DNA of 64,000 nt, taken from assembly GCA_038046805.1 (NCBI GenBank), contig JBBSVO010000007.1:32001-96000 (forward strand). Direction: 5' to 3'. Positions 49,348 through 59,283 of this stretch are shown here, piece by piece. Source of the stretch: Candidatus Micrarchaeota archaeon. Its GTDB lineage: Archaea > Micrarchaeota > Micrarchaeia > Anstonellales > Bilamarchaeaceae. The notes beneath the pieces are model-generated. The model saw only the letters and a program-made list of their open reading frames with translations, ran no database searches and was not told the origin of the DNA. Position numbers and translations under genes: made by a program. Numbering within the stretch: the stretch's first letter is position 1; the number at the start of each line of letters is the position of its first letter.

Positions 49348-50190
49348 TCAACGCTCATACGAGATCCTGGAACTCAGACAGCCTTCTGCAACTACGCAGC
49401 TGTCTCCGGGTATGCTCGGAAGCCTTTCTCTATCCCCATTCGCACGTTTCAGAGAGACATCCAGACGAAGATAAAGATCTTCTCCATCTGTGGAAACCCC
49501 CGATCTAACCTGCTTTAATGCACCCTCTTTACTCATTCCATAGTACTCCTGAAACAGCTTAACAAGCTCTGCCTTGATTTTTTTAGAATCTGCGACTTTT
49601 CCTAAAGAAACTTCCAGATATGTGTGGCGATCGCCAAGAATATTCTCCTCTGTTACTACAAATCGTGTAAGCATAAATGGAAAAACAGATTTGATCAGGG
49701 CATTCAACAACGTAATCTGTTCATAACAATTTCCCTTGCCGGATCCAATAACCTCTAGAGAACTCTTTTTATCCTCATTATCAGCATTTCCAGGTTCATA
49801 GACGATATTGGTTTGCATCCAATCATACATTCTGAAAATCTTCTCGTATGCATGATTAGAGGTTGGTTTTACTCCGGAGAGAACAGTAATTGCATAATTA
49901 AAACCAAAAATCTTCCTTAAAACTCCGTGAACTGCGAATCGGTCTGACATATCAACTGCCAGGGGCTGAAGAACTTGTCGTGCAAGCCGTTCTGCATTTG
50001 CCATAGCTTTTATCGCTTCAAACCTGGTAGAAACAGCCCGTGAGATTTCTTCTTCTGCACGTTGTCGTTCCTTATAATAAAGATAAGATGTTTCTACGGC
50101 CACTGCAGTCGCTGCACCAAGGGCAAAAATAAATGCAGCTCTTCCAATAGGGTGTAAAACCAGCGAATGATGGCGATGCCTCTTATACAT
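49348..50190 (-). CDS. Membrane-anchored transglutaminase-like protein
   Basis: N-terminal transmembrane helix, YDW...NI.Y, and a C-H-D triad in GNCYEQ, HTYLEV and LRLD. Confidence 0.75.
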   Translation of the reverse strand: MYKRHRHHSLVLHPIGRAAFIFALGAATAVAVETSYLYYKERQRAEEEISRAVSTRFEAIKAMANAERLARQVLQPLAVDMSDRFAVHGVLRKIFGFNYAITVLSGVKPTSNHAYEKIFRMYDWMQTNIVYEPGNADNEDKKSSLEVIGSGKGNCYEQITLLNALIKSVFPFMLTRFVVTEENILGDRHTYLEVSLGKVADSKKIKAELVKLFQEYYGMSKEGALKQVRSGVSTDGEDLYLRLDVSLKRANGDRERLPSIPGDSCVVAEGCLSSRISYER

Positions 50191-50285
50191 ATTGATAGAT
50201 TTGTGTAGTTTTATTTAAAAATGTGATGAAACACTGTTGGGAATGCTTTTAAGCCCACCTTCACATAAATGTGCTTGGGATATAG

Positions 50286-50945
50286 ATGCAAGAACTATTC
50301 AAAGGAGTTTATTTCATAGACAAATTTCTTTCCACAAAAAATGCTGTTCCGGGAAAGGCAGTTTATGGAGAAAGGCTGATACGCGAAGAAGGAGCAGAAT
50401 ATCGCGCATGGGATCCGTTTCGCTCAAAGCTGGCTGCAGCAATCAGGAAAGGCATGAAAACATTTCCATTCTCGGAAGGAACAAAAGTTCTTTATCTTGG
50501 GGCATCAACCGGTACTACGCCGTCCCATGTTTCGGATATTGTTGGGCCAGACGGAGAGATTTACGCGGTTGAGATTTCAGCACATTGTATGAAGTCTCTT
50601 ATAAGACTCGCCGAACAAAAAGGACGGGAGAATATAATTCCGATTCTCGGAGATGCAAACAAACCAGATTCTTATGAGGAAGTCGGTGAGGTAGATGTTA
50701 TTTATCAGGACGTTTCCCAGCCGAATCAGGATGAGATACTGATCAAAAACTCGGAAATGTTCCTGAAAAAAGGCGGAATCGCAATGATTGCGATAAAAAG
50801 CCAGAGCATAGACGTAACCAAGAAGCCCGAGGAAACATTTGCAGGAGTATTGGATCAGCTTTCCACTCATTTTGAAGTTTTGGAAAAAATGAAACTGGAG
50901 CCGTTTGACAAGGATCATTTGTTTGTGGTGCTGAGGAAGAAATAG
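50286..50945 (+). CDS. flpA: Fibrillarin-like rRNA/tRNA 2'-O-methyltransferase
   Basis: VYGE, YRAWDP.RSKLAA, VLYLGA.TGTT.SHVSD and DV.QP.Q. Confidence 0.96.
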   Translation: MQELFKGVYFIDKFLSTKNAVPGKAVYGERLIREEGAEYRAWDPFRSKLAAAIRKGMKTFPFSEGTKVLYLGASTGTTPSHVSDIVGPDGEIYAVEISAHCMKSLIRLAEQKGRENIIPILGDANKPDSYEEVGEVDVIYQDVSQPNQDEILIKNSEMFLKKGGIAMIAIKSQSIDVTKKPEETFAGVLDQLSTHFEVLEKMKLEPFDKDHLFVVLRKK

Positions 50946-50956
50946 AGAGTGGTTTT

Positions 50957-51112
50957 ATGATAAAAGAATCGGATAGAAAAAAATTTACTACAAAATTAGT
51001 GAAAGCGGGAGTAGTGCAGGAAATTATAGAATCATGCAATGCGCATGTGAAGAAACATTGCATAAGAATTATGTCTCTTAAGGAACTTGATAAACTTTGC
51101 GGCTCGCAGTAA
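50957..51112 (+). CDS. Small hypothetical protein (51 aa)
   Basis: ORF read manually, filling the gap between flpA and the PfpI gene. Confidence 0.35.
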   Translation: MIKESDRKKFTTKLVKAGVVQEIIESCNAHVKKHCIRIMSLKELDKLCGSQ

Positions 51113-51160
51113 AACCAAAACTATTATAACTCTGACGTGAGATAGCATCTGGGGATTACA

Positions 51161-51676
51161 ATGGGTCAAATTCTGATGATTATTGCCCAAAAGGATTTCA
51201 GGGACGAGGAACTGTTTGTGCCTAAGGGAATTTTTGAGGCTGCTGGTTACGGAGTAAAAATTGCAAGCCTTTCCCGCGCAAAGGCAACTGGGATGAAGGG
51301 TGCAGTGGTGCAACCCGATTTCGGGGTTGGTGAAACCAATTCTGGGTTTTATGACGCGGTAATTGTTGTCGGTGGTGCCGGAACCTCTTCCTTGTGGAAC
51401 CGCGATGAATTGAATTCCATGCTAAGGGATGCTAACGCATCTGGAAAACTTGTATGTGCCATTTGCCTTGGTCCGACAGTTCTTGCAAAGGCAGGACTTC
51501 TTGGCGGAGTAAAAGCAACAGTCTTTAGGACTCCTGAATCCATGCAGATACTCAGAGATGAAAGAGTAAAATATTCTTCAGACCCTGTAGTTGTTGATGG
51601 GAATATCGTAACTGCAGAAGGACCGAAAAGCGCAGAGGCGTTCGGAAAGAAGATTGTTGAGCTGTTGAAAAAATAG
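51161..51676 (+). CDS. DJ-1/PfpI family protein
   Basis: FRDEE, YDAVI.VGG.G, AIC.GP..LA.AG and VVVDGNIVTA.GP. Confidence 0.93.
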   Translation: MGQILMIIAQKDFRDEELFVPKGIFEAAGYGVKIASLSRAKATGMKGAVVQPDFGVGETNSGFYDAVIVVGGAGTSSLWNRDELNSMLRDANASGKLVCAICLGPTVLAKAGLLGGVKATVFRTPESMQILRDERVKYSSDPVVVDGNIVTAEGPKSAEAFGKKIVELLKK

Positions 51677-51775
51677 AGCCGGACGAGCGGCAACTGGCGG
51701 AACAAAAACAATTTAAACAATTCCGCTTAACTTCTTAGCAATTAACGGATTACTTATTCCGCTTTAGTGATTATT

Positions 51776-51982
51776 ATGATAACCATAAAACACGACGGAT
51801 GTATTCTCTGCGTCGGATGCTCTTCTGTATGCCCAACTAATGCGATAGAGCTCATTGGAACAAGAATGGAGCATTTTCCTGAAAAATGTATTGACTGCGG
51901 AATATGCGTCAGGACATGTCCTGCGAATGTTATTGAGATGCACCCAAAGAAAAAAAGTGAAAAGGGCGCGGATAAAAAATAG
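51776..51982 (+). CDS. 2x[4Fe-4S] ferredoxin
   Basis: Two CxxCxxCxxxCP motifs. Confidence 0.92.
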   Translation: MITIKHDGCILCVGCSSVCPTNAIELIGTRMEHFPEKCIDCGICVRTCPANVIEMHPKKKSEKGADKK

Positions 51983-52033
51983 AAATAACAAAATTGCGAG
52001 CAGGATAACGAACTAACGAATTTGGTGATACTC

Positions 52034-53278
52034 ATGACTGACAAAAAAGATTACGATGTTATCGTCATTGGCGGAGGACCCGCGGGCAGCACGTTCGCAA
52101 GAATAGCCGCACAGGACGGAATGGACGTTCTTGTCGTGGATAAGCGAAGGGAAATCGGGGTTCCGGTAAGATGCGGTGAGGGATTGGGCGAACGCGAGGT
52201 TCACTCTCAAAAGTTGGATATTCCAAGACACGCATATTCCACAGAAATAGTCGGTGCAAAGGTAATCGCCCCCAACGGAAAATCAATCACCTGGAAAAGC
52301 GATGAAACAAAGGGCTGGGTTCTTGAAAGAAAGGTATTTGATAAATGGCTTGCTGAAAAAGCAGTTGAAAAAGGGGCGGAAGTCCGATCTTATACGCGTG
52401 CAATTGACTTAATTAGGGAAAACAAAGGAGATGGCACGACCGGAAAAATCTCCGGAGTAGTTCTGTCACATGGCGGAAGAGAACCATATGACGTTCGCGC
52501 TCCGCTCGTAATATCTGCAGAGGGAATGGAATCAATGATTGCAAGAAAGGCCGGATTTGACACTGTTCACAAGCCATATGATGTTGATACGTGTTACCAG
52601 TATGAAATGAAACCGTATGACCATGAGAACCTCATTGAATTATATTTTGGAAATGAAATCGCGCCACGCGGATATGTTTGGATTTTTCCAAAGGCAGATC
52701 GCAAGGCAAATGTTGGCATTGGAATCGGAGGAACGAGTTTCAACGGAACAAAGCTCGGCGGAATGAAAGGATGCGACCCAAAGGTTTTACTTGATAGATT
52801 TATTGCAGCAAATCCGCACCTCAAACTTGATGAGGCGAGCACGCTCCTTGATTTTGGAGGGGTGATCAGCGTTGGCGCCCCGCTCACTGAATTCGTGAAG
52901 GATAATTTCATGGTAATTGGGACAGCGGCAAAGCAGGTTGACCCAATCCATGGCGGCGGAATCGCGCTTGCAATGGAATGCGGAATAATGGCTGCGAATG
53001 TAGTGCTAAAGGCACACGCAAAAAAAGATTATTCAAAACAAACACTATTTGAATATGAAAAAATCTGGAGAGACGGACCTGGCAGGAAAGTGGCGAAACG
53101 GCTCATGTTGAGAAAAGTAATGGAAAAAGTAAGTGATGACGACTTTAACTATATCTTCAACACAATCAATGATTCTGATCTCAACCAGATTATGAATGGC
53201 CAGTTTGCCGGACCGGTTGCAAAGGTTCTTGCGGGAAGGCCGCAACTGCTTGGGGTTTTGAGCGCATTAGTACACTGA
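52034..53278 (+). CDS. Digeranylgeranylglycerophospholipid reductase (geranylgeranyl reductase family)
   Basis: GGGPAG, EIGVPVRCGEG, APRGY.WIFPK...ANVG.G and P..GGGI. Confidence 0.9.
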   Translation: MTDKKDYDVIVIGGGPAGSTFARIAAQDGMDVLVVDKRREIGVPVRCGEGLGEREVHSQKLDIPRHAYSTEIVGAKVIAPNGKSITWKSDETKGWVLERKVFDKWLAEKAVEKGAEVRSYTRAIDLIRENKGDGTTGKISGVVLSHGGREPYDVRAPLVISAEGMESMIARKAGFDTVHKPYDVDTCYQYEMKPYDHENLIELYFGNEIAPRGYVWIFPKADRKANVGIGIGGTSFNGTKLGGMKGCDPKVLLDRFIAANPHLKLDEASTLLDFGGVISVGAPLTEFVKDNFMVIGTAAKQVDPIHGGGIALAMECGIMAANVVLKAHAKKDYSKQTLFEYEKIWRDGPGRKVAKRLMLRKVMEKVSDDDFNYIFNTINDSDLNQIMNGQFAGPVAKVLAGRPQLLGVLSALVH

Positions 53279-53299
53279 GCGCGCTGATTTTCTGATTTG

Positions 53300-53752
53300 T
53301 TATTGAGAAACTTTTTTTATTGCCGCAACCCTTACTCGAATATCACCTGGATGTTCTGAGTTCTCAAGAGATTTTGCCACCCGCCTTAAATCGTCGGTGC
53401 AACAACCAGTCTTTGCAAGCACATGCACTGCTCCTAGGCGAACAAAGATATTGTTCTTTATACTTATTGCAGCTGCGAACAAAAGGTTTTCTATTTCTGC
53501 ACGGATTGAACGGTCTGGATTGGCTTTCCATTTTGAAAAAGCTTCTTTAATTACTGCGGAGGTTGGGTGTCGGAACATTGTTCTAAGCCCGGATATCTCG
53601 AGATCACTTGGAGAGGCAAATGGACGGGTAAAAATTGGTGCTTCAAGCTCGTCTCTTAACGGACTTAAAACAGTACAATAGCGTTGGTTTCCGGTTACAG
53701 GACCACTTCCTGGATTCCTTAGTCTGTCATCTGCAAATTTCAAGGTCGCCAT
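53300..53752 (-). CDS. Hypothetical protein (HEAT-like C-terminus)
   Basis: ATG 53752 with an upstream TTTTTAAA. VR..A repeats. Confidence 0.55.
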   Translation of the reverse strand: MATLKFADDRLRNPGSGPVTGNQRYCTVLSPLRDELEAPIFTRPFASPSDLEISGLRTMFRHPTSAVIKEAFSKWKANPDRSIRAEIENLLFAAAISIKNNIFVRLGAVHVLAKTGCCTDDLRRVAKSLENSEHPGDIRVRVAAIKKVSQ

Positions 53753-53845
53753 AAGATGTTTTAAGTAGGATGAAGGTTTAAAAAGGGTAGTCACAAAAAC
53801 CAGAAAAAACACGAATGAAAGAATTATTCCGGATGGAATGAACTG

Positions 53846-54049
53846 CTATCTCTCTATTGGCAATTCCTTAAATCGTTTTAGATTCGCATCTACTTCCTTT
53901 AATCGCACGTATTCATTTTTTATCGCAGCTGATAATTCCGCTCTTTGTTTTGGTGTAAGCACAATTCCATCTTCTGACTTTATGTTGGTACGTACTATAT
54001 ATTCCTGAATTGCACCGATCTGTTTCGCAGTAATGGAATCTAATTCCAC
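53846..54049 (-). CDS. Small hypothetical protein
   Basis: 67 aa with GGTGA Shine-Dalgarno and GTG start. Confidence 0.5.
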   Translation of the reverse strand: MELDSITAKQIGAIQEYIVRTNIKSEDGIVLTPKQRAELSAAIKNEYVRLKEVDANLKRFKELPIER

Positions 54050-54070
54050 ATCACCGCCTTTAAATCGGGC

Positions 54071-54298
54071 TCAGCCTTTTAACGGAGGCCCTACCTCAGC
54101 TAGACTGAAATCTTCATATGAGAAATTGGGTTTATTATTAAACGCGTTCTGAGTACGCAATGCAGTAACAGAAATCTTAAGATCCATTTCTTTAGAAGTA
54201 ACGTGCGGAATGATAAATGTGAATGTTTTCTCAGGATCCGTCTGCGGTTCGTATGACTCGAGACCCTTAAAGCGGCTTAGTAAACTTGGTTTGGGTAT
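54071..54298 (-). CDS. Putative small protein (75 aa, ATA start)
   Basis: AGGTGA lies 4 nt before ATA, and the open frame fills the gap downstream of folC. Confidence 0.4.
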   Translation of the reverse strand: MPKPSLLSRFKGLESYEPQTDPEKTFTFIIPHVTSKEMDLKISVTALRTQNAFNNKPNFSYEDFSLAEVGPPLKG

Positions 54299-54333
54299 AA
54301 TCTCACCTTGGAATAGTTATACGGTTTCATTTA

Positions 54334-55560
54334 TTAAATTGATTTAATCTCTCCTATCAAATATAAACTCCCACATATTAAAACCATGCCTTTTTTTCCA
54401 GCATGGCGCTTTGCAATAGCTATCGCTTTTTTTAGATTTTTTTCCGCAATGGAATCCACATAAGCCCCCGCTTCTTTTGCCACCTTTTTCGCATCTTCTG
54501 CGCGTTCACCTTTTGGCTGCGTTGCAATGAACCAGTCACAGTGCGGTGCAAGCAGGCGAATCATCTCTTTCCAATCCTTGTCCTTCATTGCTGCAAACAC
54601 GATCGAAAGCCTGTCATAGCGGAACAAATCGAGATTTCCAATTAGTTCTCTGATGCCATGCGGGTTATGCGCACCGTCCAGAACTACAGATGGATTGTGC
54701 GAAACGATTTCGAGGCGCCCGGGATTTTTTGCATTTTTTATTCCGCTTCTTATTGCGTCTTCTTCTATGCCAAGCTCCTCTGCTGCTGCGACTGCGAGTT
54801 CGGCATTTGATACCTGATGCCTTCCTATTAGACGGGTTTCGAGACCATTAAAAAATTCGTGGCCAACGTAATTGAAAATGGTTTTTTTGTCAGATGCGGA
54901 AACGATTTTCGCGAATATGTCTTCGTTCAGGACCCTCAGCTGCAGATTCCTGTTTTCGGATTCTTTTTTTATTATTCCGAGCGCGTTTCCATGCGCTCCG
55001 GTTATACAAATCCCTTTTTTCATGATACCGCTTTTCTCGCGTGCGATCTGTTCTATAGTTCCACCTAGATATTCGGTATGTTCCAAATCAACATTTGTGA
55101 TTATTGAAATACATTCTTCGGCAATATTCGTTGCATCAAGACGCCCGCCCATTCCTATTTCCATAACTGCAAAATCACAGTTCTCATCAGCGAAATATTT
55201 GTATGCGATTGCAGTAAACGCCTCAAATTCAGTCATTTCATAACCGCTCCGAAGCAACGCAAGAATTTCCTTCTCATATTTCCGCAACTTTGTATCAATT
55301 ATGCTTTTTCCGTTGATTTTGAACCGCTCGTTGTAATTTACCAGGTGCGGAGAGAAATAGCTTCCTGTGCGATAGCCGGCTTCCTTCAGAATAGAGGCGA
55401 GAAATGATGTAATCGAGCCCTTGCCATTTGTGCCGGTAACCAGGATTACCTTCATGTTGCGCTCTGGGTGACCAAGAGCATCCATAAGCCGTGAAATTCG
55501 CTCAAGCCCTGGTCGTATGCCGAATTTTTGGAGTTTTCTGCAGAGTTTCATTCCACGCAT
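54334..55560 (-). CDS. folC: Folylpolyglutamate synthase / dihydrofolate synthase
   Basis: VTGTNGKGS, SPHL...ER, E.GMGGRLDATN, DGAHNP and CGSLYL. Confidence 0.95.
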   Translation of the reverse strand: MRGMKLCRKLQKFGIRPGLERISRLMDALGHPERNMKVILVTGTNGKGSITSFLASILKEAGYRTGSYFSPHLVNYNERFKINGKSIIDTKLRKYEKEILALLRSGYEMTEFEAFTAIAYKYFADENCDFAVMEIGMGGRLDATNIAEECISIITNVDLEHTEYLGGTIEQIAREKSGIMKKGICITGAHGNALGIIKKESENRNLQLRVLNEDIFAKIVSASDKKTIFNYVGHEFFNGLETRLIGRHQVSNAELAVAAAEELGIEEDAIRSGIKNAKNPGRLEIVSHNPSVVLDGAHNPHGIRELIGNLDLFRYDRLSIVFAAMKDKDWKEMIRLLAPHCDWFIATQPKGERAEDAKKVAKEAGAYVDSIAEKNLKKAIAIAKRHAGKKGMVLICGSLYLIGEIKSI

Positions 55561-55603
55561 GGATGGGAGGAACGCATTTAAACATTAAATTTGTTGCTTA
55601 TCC

Positions 55604-56899
55604 ATGAACCGAACCATATACGGGCTGTTTGCCATTATTTTAACTGGATTTCTTCTTTTCGGGTGCCTGCAGACTGCTGCCAAAAAAATAGAAAGCAGTG
55701 ACAAAAATGTTACGACATCTGTGAAAAAACTCATAGAAACAGTCGAAGGTGCAGCCGTAAAAACAATGCAAAACGAAACCACAGCCGGAACAACCGAAAA
55801 AAGCGGAAAAACCGAAACTGCGAGCGGAACTATGGGAAATGCGAAAATTTCCGGGACAGTAACTTCCGAGAATGGAAGCGCGTTAAGCGGAATAATCGTA
55901 AGCATCTATGACCAACAAACAACCGATGGAAAAACTTATCGTTTGTTCAAGGAAGAGAAGAAAACAGGAAAAGACGGGAAATTTTCATTCAGTATTGAGA
56001 GCGGAAAGAATTATTTTGTAAGCGCATCTGGATACGTGAAGATTAGTGAGAAAGAACAAAAGTATTACAAGGACGCGTTTGTTTATGCGTATGATGAAAA
56101 GCCGAAAACTCTTGGGGCAAATGAAAACTGGACCGCAAACATCGTGATGAAATTCGCAGGAGAGAAAAAAATATTCTCTGTGCAGGGGTATGGCTACAGC
56201 ATGGAAGTAAAGTATTATTACGGGGATGAGCAATGCTCAAGAATCGCATTGAATTATCTCCAAGATTATTATCCGAAAGTAAAGGAAACCCTTGGACTTA
56301 AACTCCCTGATGAAAAAATTCTGTTTGAATTCAACACTATTATGGAGCAGGGAAGCGGGGACTGGACAGCAACAAAGGAAAAGATAAGCACTGTATGCTA
56401 TCCATGGACAGACAAGGTACAGAAAGGAGAAGAGAATAGTGAAGGCAGTCAGATCGCAGATATGTGGGAAAAAGCAATACCGCACGAAATGACGCATTAT
56501 TTTGTTTCGGGTTTTGAGTCCAGCGTCCTGCCGTATTGGGCAAATGAGGGGCTGGCAGATTATACCCAGTTTACAATCAATGGAGAAACTCCGGATTGCA
56601 CAAAAGAAAAACTTATTCCGATTGAGAATATGAAAGGAGAAAATATACCGCAATACCGAAGTGCAGCATGCATGTGGTATCTTCTGGAACTAGAAAAACC
56701 TGGATTTATGAAAGAAGTTATGCAAAAGGTGAAGGAAACAACCGAAAGCGGGAAAATTCCGAAAAAAGCTGGTTCTGGTTATTTCATTAAAGGAATTCTA
56801 TCACAGGTTTATGGAAGCGACCTCAAAATGTTCTTTGTGAAGAACTGGGGCTTTGATGCGAATAAGATTGAAAGCGAGTATGCAGAAGCTATAAAGTAG
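55604..56899 (+). CDS. Lipoprotein with a beta-sandwich domain and a gluzincin (peptidase MA-like) domain
   Basis: Lipobox LLFGC, ISGTV....G..L.G, and HEMTH...PYWANEGLADY. Confidence 0.78.
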   Translation: MNRTIYGLFAIILTGFLLFGCLQTAAKKIESSDKNVTTSVKKLIETVEGAAVKTMQNETTAGTTEKSGKTETASGTMGNAKISGTVTSENGSALSGIIVSIYDQQTTDGKTYRLFKEEKKTGKDGKFSFSIESGKNYFVSASGYVKISEKEQKYYKDAFVYAYDEKPKTLGANENWTANIVMKFAGEKKIFSVQGYGYSMEVKYYYGDEQCSRIALNYLQDYYPKVKETLGLKLPDEKILFEFNTIMEQGSGDWTATKEKISTVCYPWTDKVQKGEENSEGSQIADMWEKAIPHEMTHYFVSGFESSVLPYWANEGLADYTQFTINGETPDCTKEKLIPIENMKGENIPQYRSAACMWYLLELEKPGFMKEVMQKVKETTESGKIPKKAGSGYFIKGILSQVYGSDLKMFFVKNWGFDANKIESEYAEAIK

Positions 56900-56909
56900 A
56901 GGATAAGAT

Positions 56910-56937
56910 GCGAGACACTGGACTCTAGACACGAGAC
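56910..56937. repeat. Degenerate heptamer tandem repeat
   Basis: GCGAGAC|ACTGGAC|TCTAGAC|ACGAGAC. Confidence 0.55.
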
Positions 56938-56984
56938 GTGACCCAGAGACCAACATTTTAATTCCCACGCTGCTAATTATTTCC

Positions 56985-57755
56985 ATGCAATGCCGCGCGC
57001 TAGTTTTATCCGGATTTGGCATCAACTGCGAGGATGAGAGCAAATTCGTTGTTGAGAAGACCGGAGGGGCTGCAGAAATCGTTCATATAAATGAATTGAT
57101 AGAAGAGCCATCAATTTTTGAACAGTATAATTTTCTTGTTTTTCCGGGCGGGTTTGCACATGGGGACGACCTTGGCTCTGGAAAGGTTCTTTCAAACAAA
57201 ATGAAGTACAAATTAAGGGAACCGCTTGCCCAGTTCATAAAAGATGGCAAACTCGTGATTGGCATTTGTAATGGATTTCAGGTGTTGGCGAAGATGGGTT
57301 TGTTGCCTGTGCCGGATTTTGAGCAGCGGGTAACGCTTACAGTTAACGATTCGGGAAAATATGAAGATCGATGGGTGCGGCTCAAAATAAACAAACAATC
57401 TCCGTGTGTTTTCACGCGTGGAATGGATTTTCTTGATGTTCCGGTAAGGCATGGCGAGGGGAAATTAGTGCCAAAGAACGAGAGCGAGCTGAAATTCATT
57501 ACAGACAATAACCTGCATGCAGTCCAATATGTCAATATGAAGGGCGAACTCGCGGGATACCCCTATAATCCGAATGGCGCGGCATTGAATATTGCCGGGA
57601 TTTGCGATAAGACCGGAAGGGTTTTCGGAATGATGCCTCATCCCGAAGCTTTTAACAGCATAACAAACCATCCGGCATGGCCATTCGGGATAATAAAGGA
57701 AGCACAGGGTTTGAGGATTTTCAAGAATGCGGTGGAGTATTTGCAGACGCAGTGA
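56985..57755 (+). CDS. purQ: FGAM synthase glutaminase subunit
   Basis: G.NC..E, PGGF..GD, GICNGFQ, HGEG, NPNG and GMMPHPE. Confidence 0.96.
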   Translation: MQCRALVLSGFGINCEDESKFVVEKTGGAAEIVHINELIEEPSIFEQYNFLVFPGGFAHGDDLGSGKVLSNKMKYKLREPLAQFIKDGKLVIGICNGFQVLAKMGLLPVPDFEQRVTLTVNDSGKYEDRWVRLKINKQSPCVFTRGMDFLDVPVRHGEGKLVPKNESELKFITDNNLHAVQYVNMKGELAGYPYNPNGAALNIAGICDKTGRVFGMMPHPEAFNSITNHPAWPFGIIKEAQGLRIFKNAVEYLQTQ

Positions 57756-57778
57756 TTCACAGATATGGAACTGATGAC

Positions 57779-57961
57779 ATGGTCCAGATTTCATTGTTTA
57801 GGCCAAGACCAATAAGTACCTTATATCGCAGGGAACGGAATAATTTTAACCTGAAATTTTACAAGGATTATAATGAAGAAGTCGGCAACCTTCGCGTTTG
57901 CTGGGATTCGGAAAGAATAAGGCTGAGGCCAAAAACCCCGCCCGAAGAGCGGGATAAATAA
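57779..57961 (+). CDS. Small hypothetical protein (60 aa)
   Basis: ATG 24 nt after the purQ stop. No motif. Confidence 0.3.
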   Translation: MVQISLFRPRPISTLYRRERNNFNLKFYKDYNEEVGNLRVCWDSERIRLRPKTPPEERDK

Positions 57962-58041
57962 TATACATTATTGCCATAAACCAGTACAAATTAAAGGATA
58001 ACTAGATATACTATTTCTATAACTGATTTTGAGGTGGAAAG

Positions 58042-58769
58042 ATGAATACTAAATGTTTGTCATATGAACAAGTTGTAACTTTGCTGGATGAAAACCACGG
58101 CAAAAAAGTGTTTGGGGATCGTAGAACCAAAGCAATACCACACATAGTTCATTATATCCAAACCTTTGCATTCGATTCTACTAAAATTGCGCGAGGTTTC
58201 GAAATTTTACAATCATTTGGAAGAACTGCGGTCGGTCCCTAGCAGATTTTTTGGATGAAATCGTCCGCGTCTCAGGACCGAATCCTTCACCCAATCAAAT
58301 CGATGCAATACAACGAATTTGTAAATGTCTGGGTGAGGTCGGTTCAAAAAAACCAATTCCCGAAGCAATACCCTCGCTTATCGCCATAGCCATAAGTAGG
58401 CATCCTAATTCTTCTGATGCCAGGAAAGCAATCATACGGAGTATGGCTCGTGCAGTTGATAATATCGATTTAATTCTATCTGACTGTGAAGTAAGAACCG
58501 TTAGACGTCTTGGGGAAGATAGCGTAAACGAGGTAACCTTGTTGCTTAAAGCACTGGCAGGAAATCGAAGCACGCCATTGGTGAAAATGATAGACCAAAA
58601 ATTAGCTCGCGATGTTCAGTTTCGTAGATCTCTTGGGGAAGGCCTGATTGAAACTCCCAGTATGCGACTCGAAAGACCATTACGTCGTCGGGAAAGGATA
58701 TGTCTTCCCAAAATCGCGCAACCACCGAAACGAAGACACGTGTATAGTGGTATCTTCGCACCTGGCTAG
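58042..58769 (+). pseudogene. Frameshifted HEAT-repeat-like gene (ORFs 58042-58242 and 58251-58769)
   Basis: A -1 shift at GGT CCC TAG joins AVGP to LADFLDE, restoring a repeat similar to AIPHIVHYI and AIPSLIAIA. Confidence 0.55.
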
Positions 58770-58784
58770 ATAACCGTTTTCCTT

Positions 58785-59279
58785 TTATTCTTTTTCAGCA
58801 AACTGCATGATTTCCTTGTAAAGAACCGGAGAAATCCGATAATTGAAATCCGTAATCAGTTTATCGAACAAACGCACAAATTCCTGTTTTTCAATTTTCT
58901 TGTTTTTCAGGGCTAACAGCAAAACAAAAGGGGTGCTGGACACATTTAAGCCAAAATATCTGGCAACCTTAATCGCAGTCAGGTCATCCAACAGAACACG
59001 GCCAACTTTATGCTCAAGCGCAGCTTCAATAACAGATCTTTCCCCGGCTCCGAGGTTTTCAAATCTTGAACTTTTCGTTGATTTCAGCAATAGGATTCTC
59101 TTTTCTTCTATAGACTTTTTTACCACGAGCGCATCGGAGTACCCGTATTCCAACCCAGCCAAAACTTCCACAGCAACTTCATCCGTAGTAAAAACATCCT
59201 CAAAAAGTTCTCCGAGAATGTCCAGCTTATTTAGCTTTGATAAAAATATCAGCGGAGAAGCATTTACGACAATTCCCAT
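58785..59279 (-). CDS. PIN-domain protein (DUF3368/COG2405-like toxin)
   Basis: VVNASPLI.L, LG.GE...I..A, LLDD..A and YRIS. Confidence 0.88.
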   Translation of the reverse strand: MGIVVNASPLIFLSKLNKLDILGELFEDVFTTDEVAVEVLAGLEYGYSDALVVKKSIEEKRILLLKSTKSSRFENLGAGERSVIEAALEHKVGRVLLDDLTAIKVARYFGLNVSSTPFVLLLALKNKKIEKQEFVRLFDKLITDFNYRISPVLYKEIMQFAEKE

Positions 59280-59283
59280 ATTA

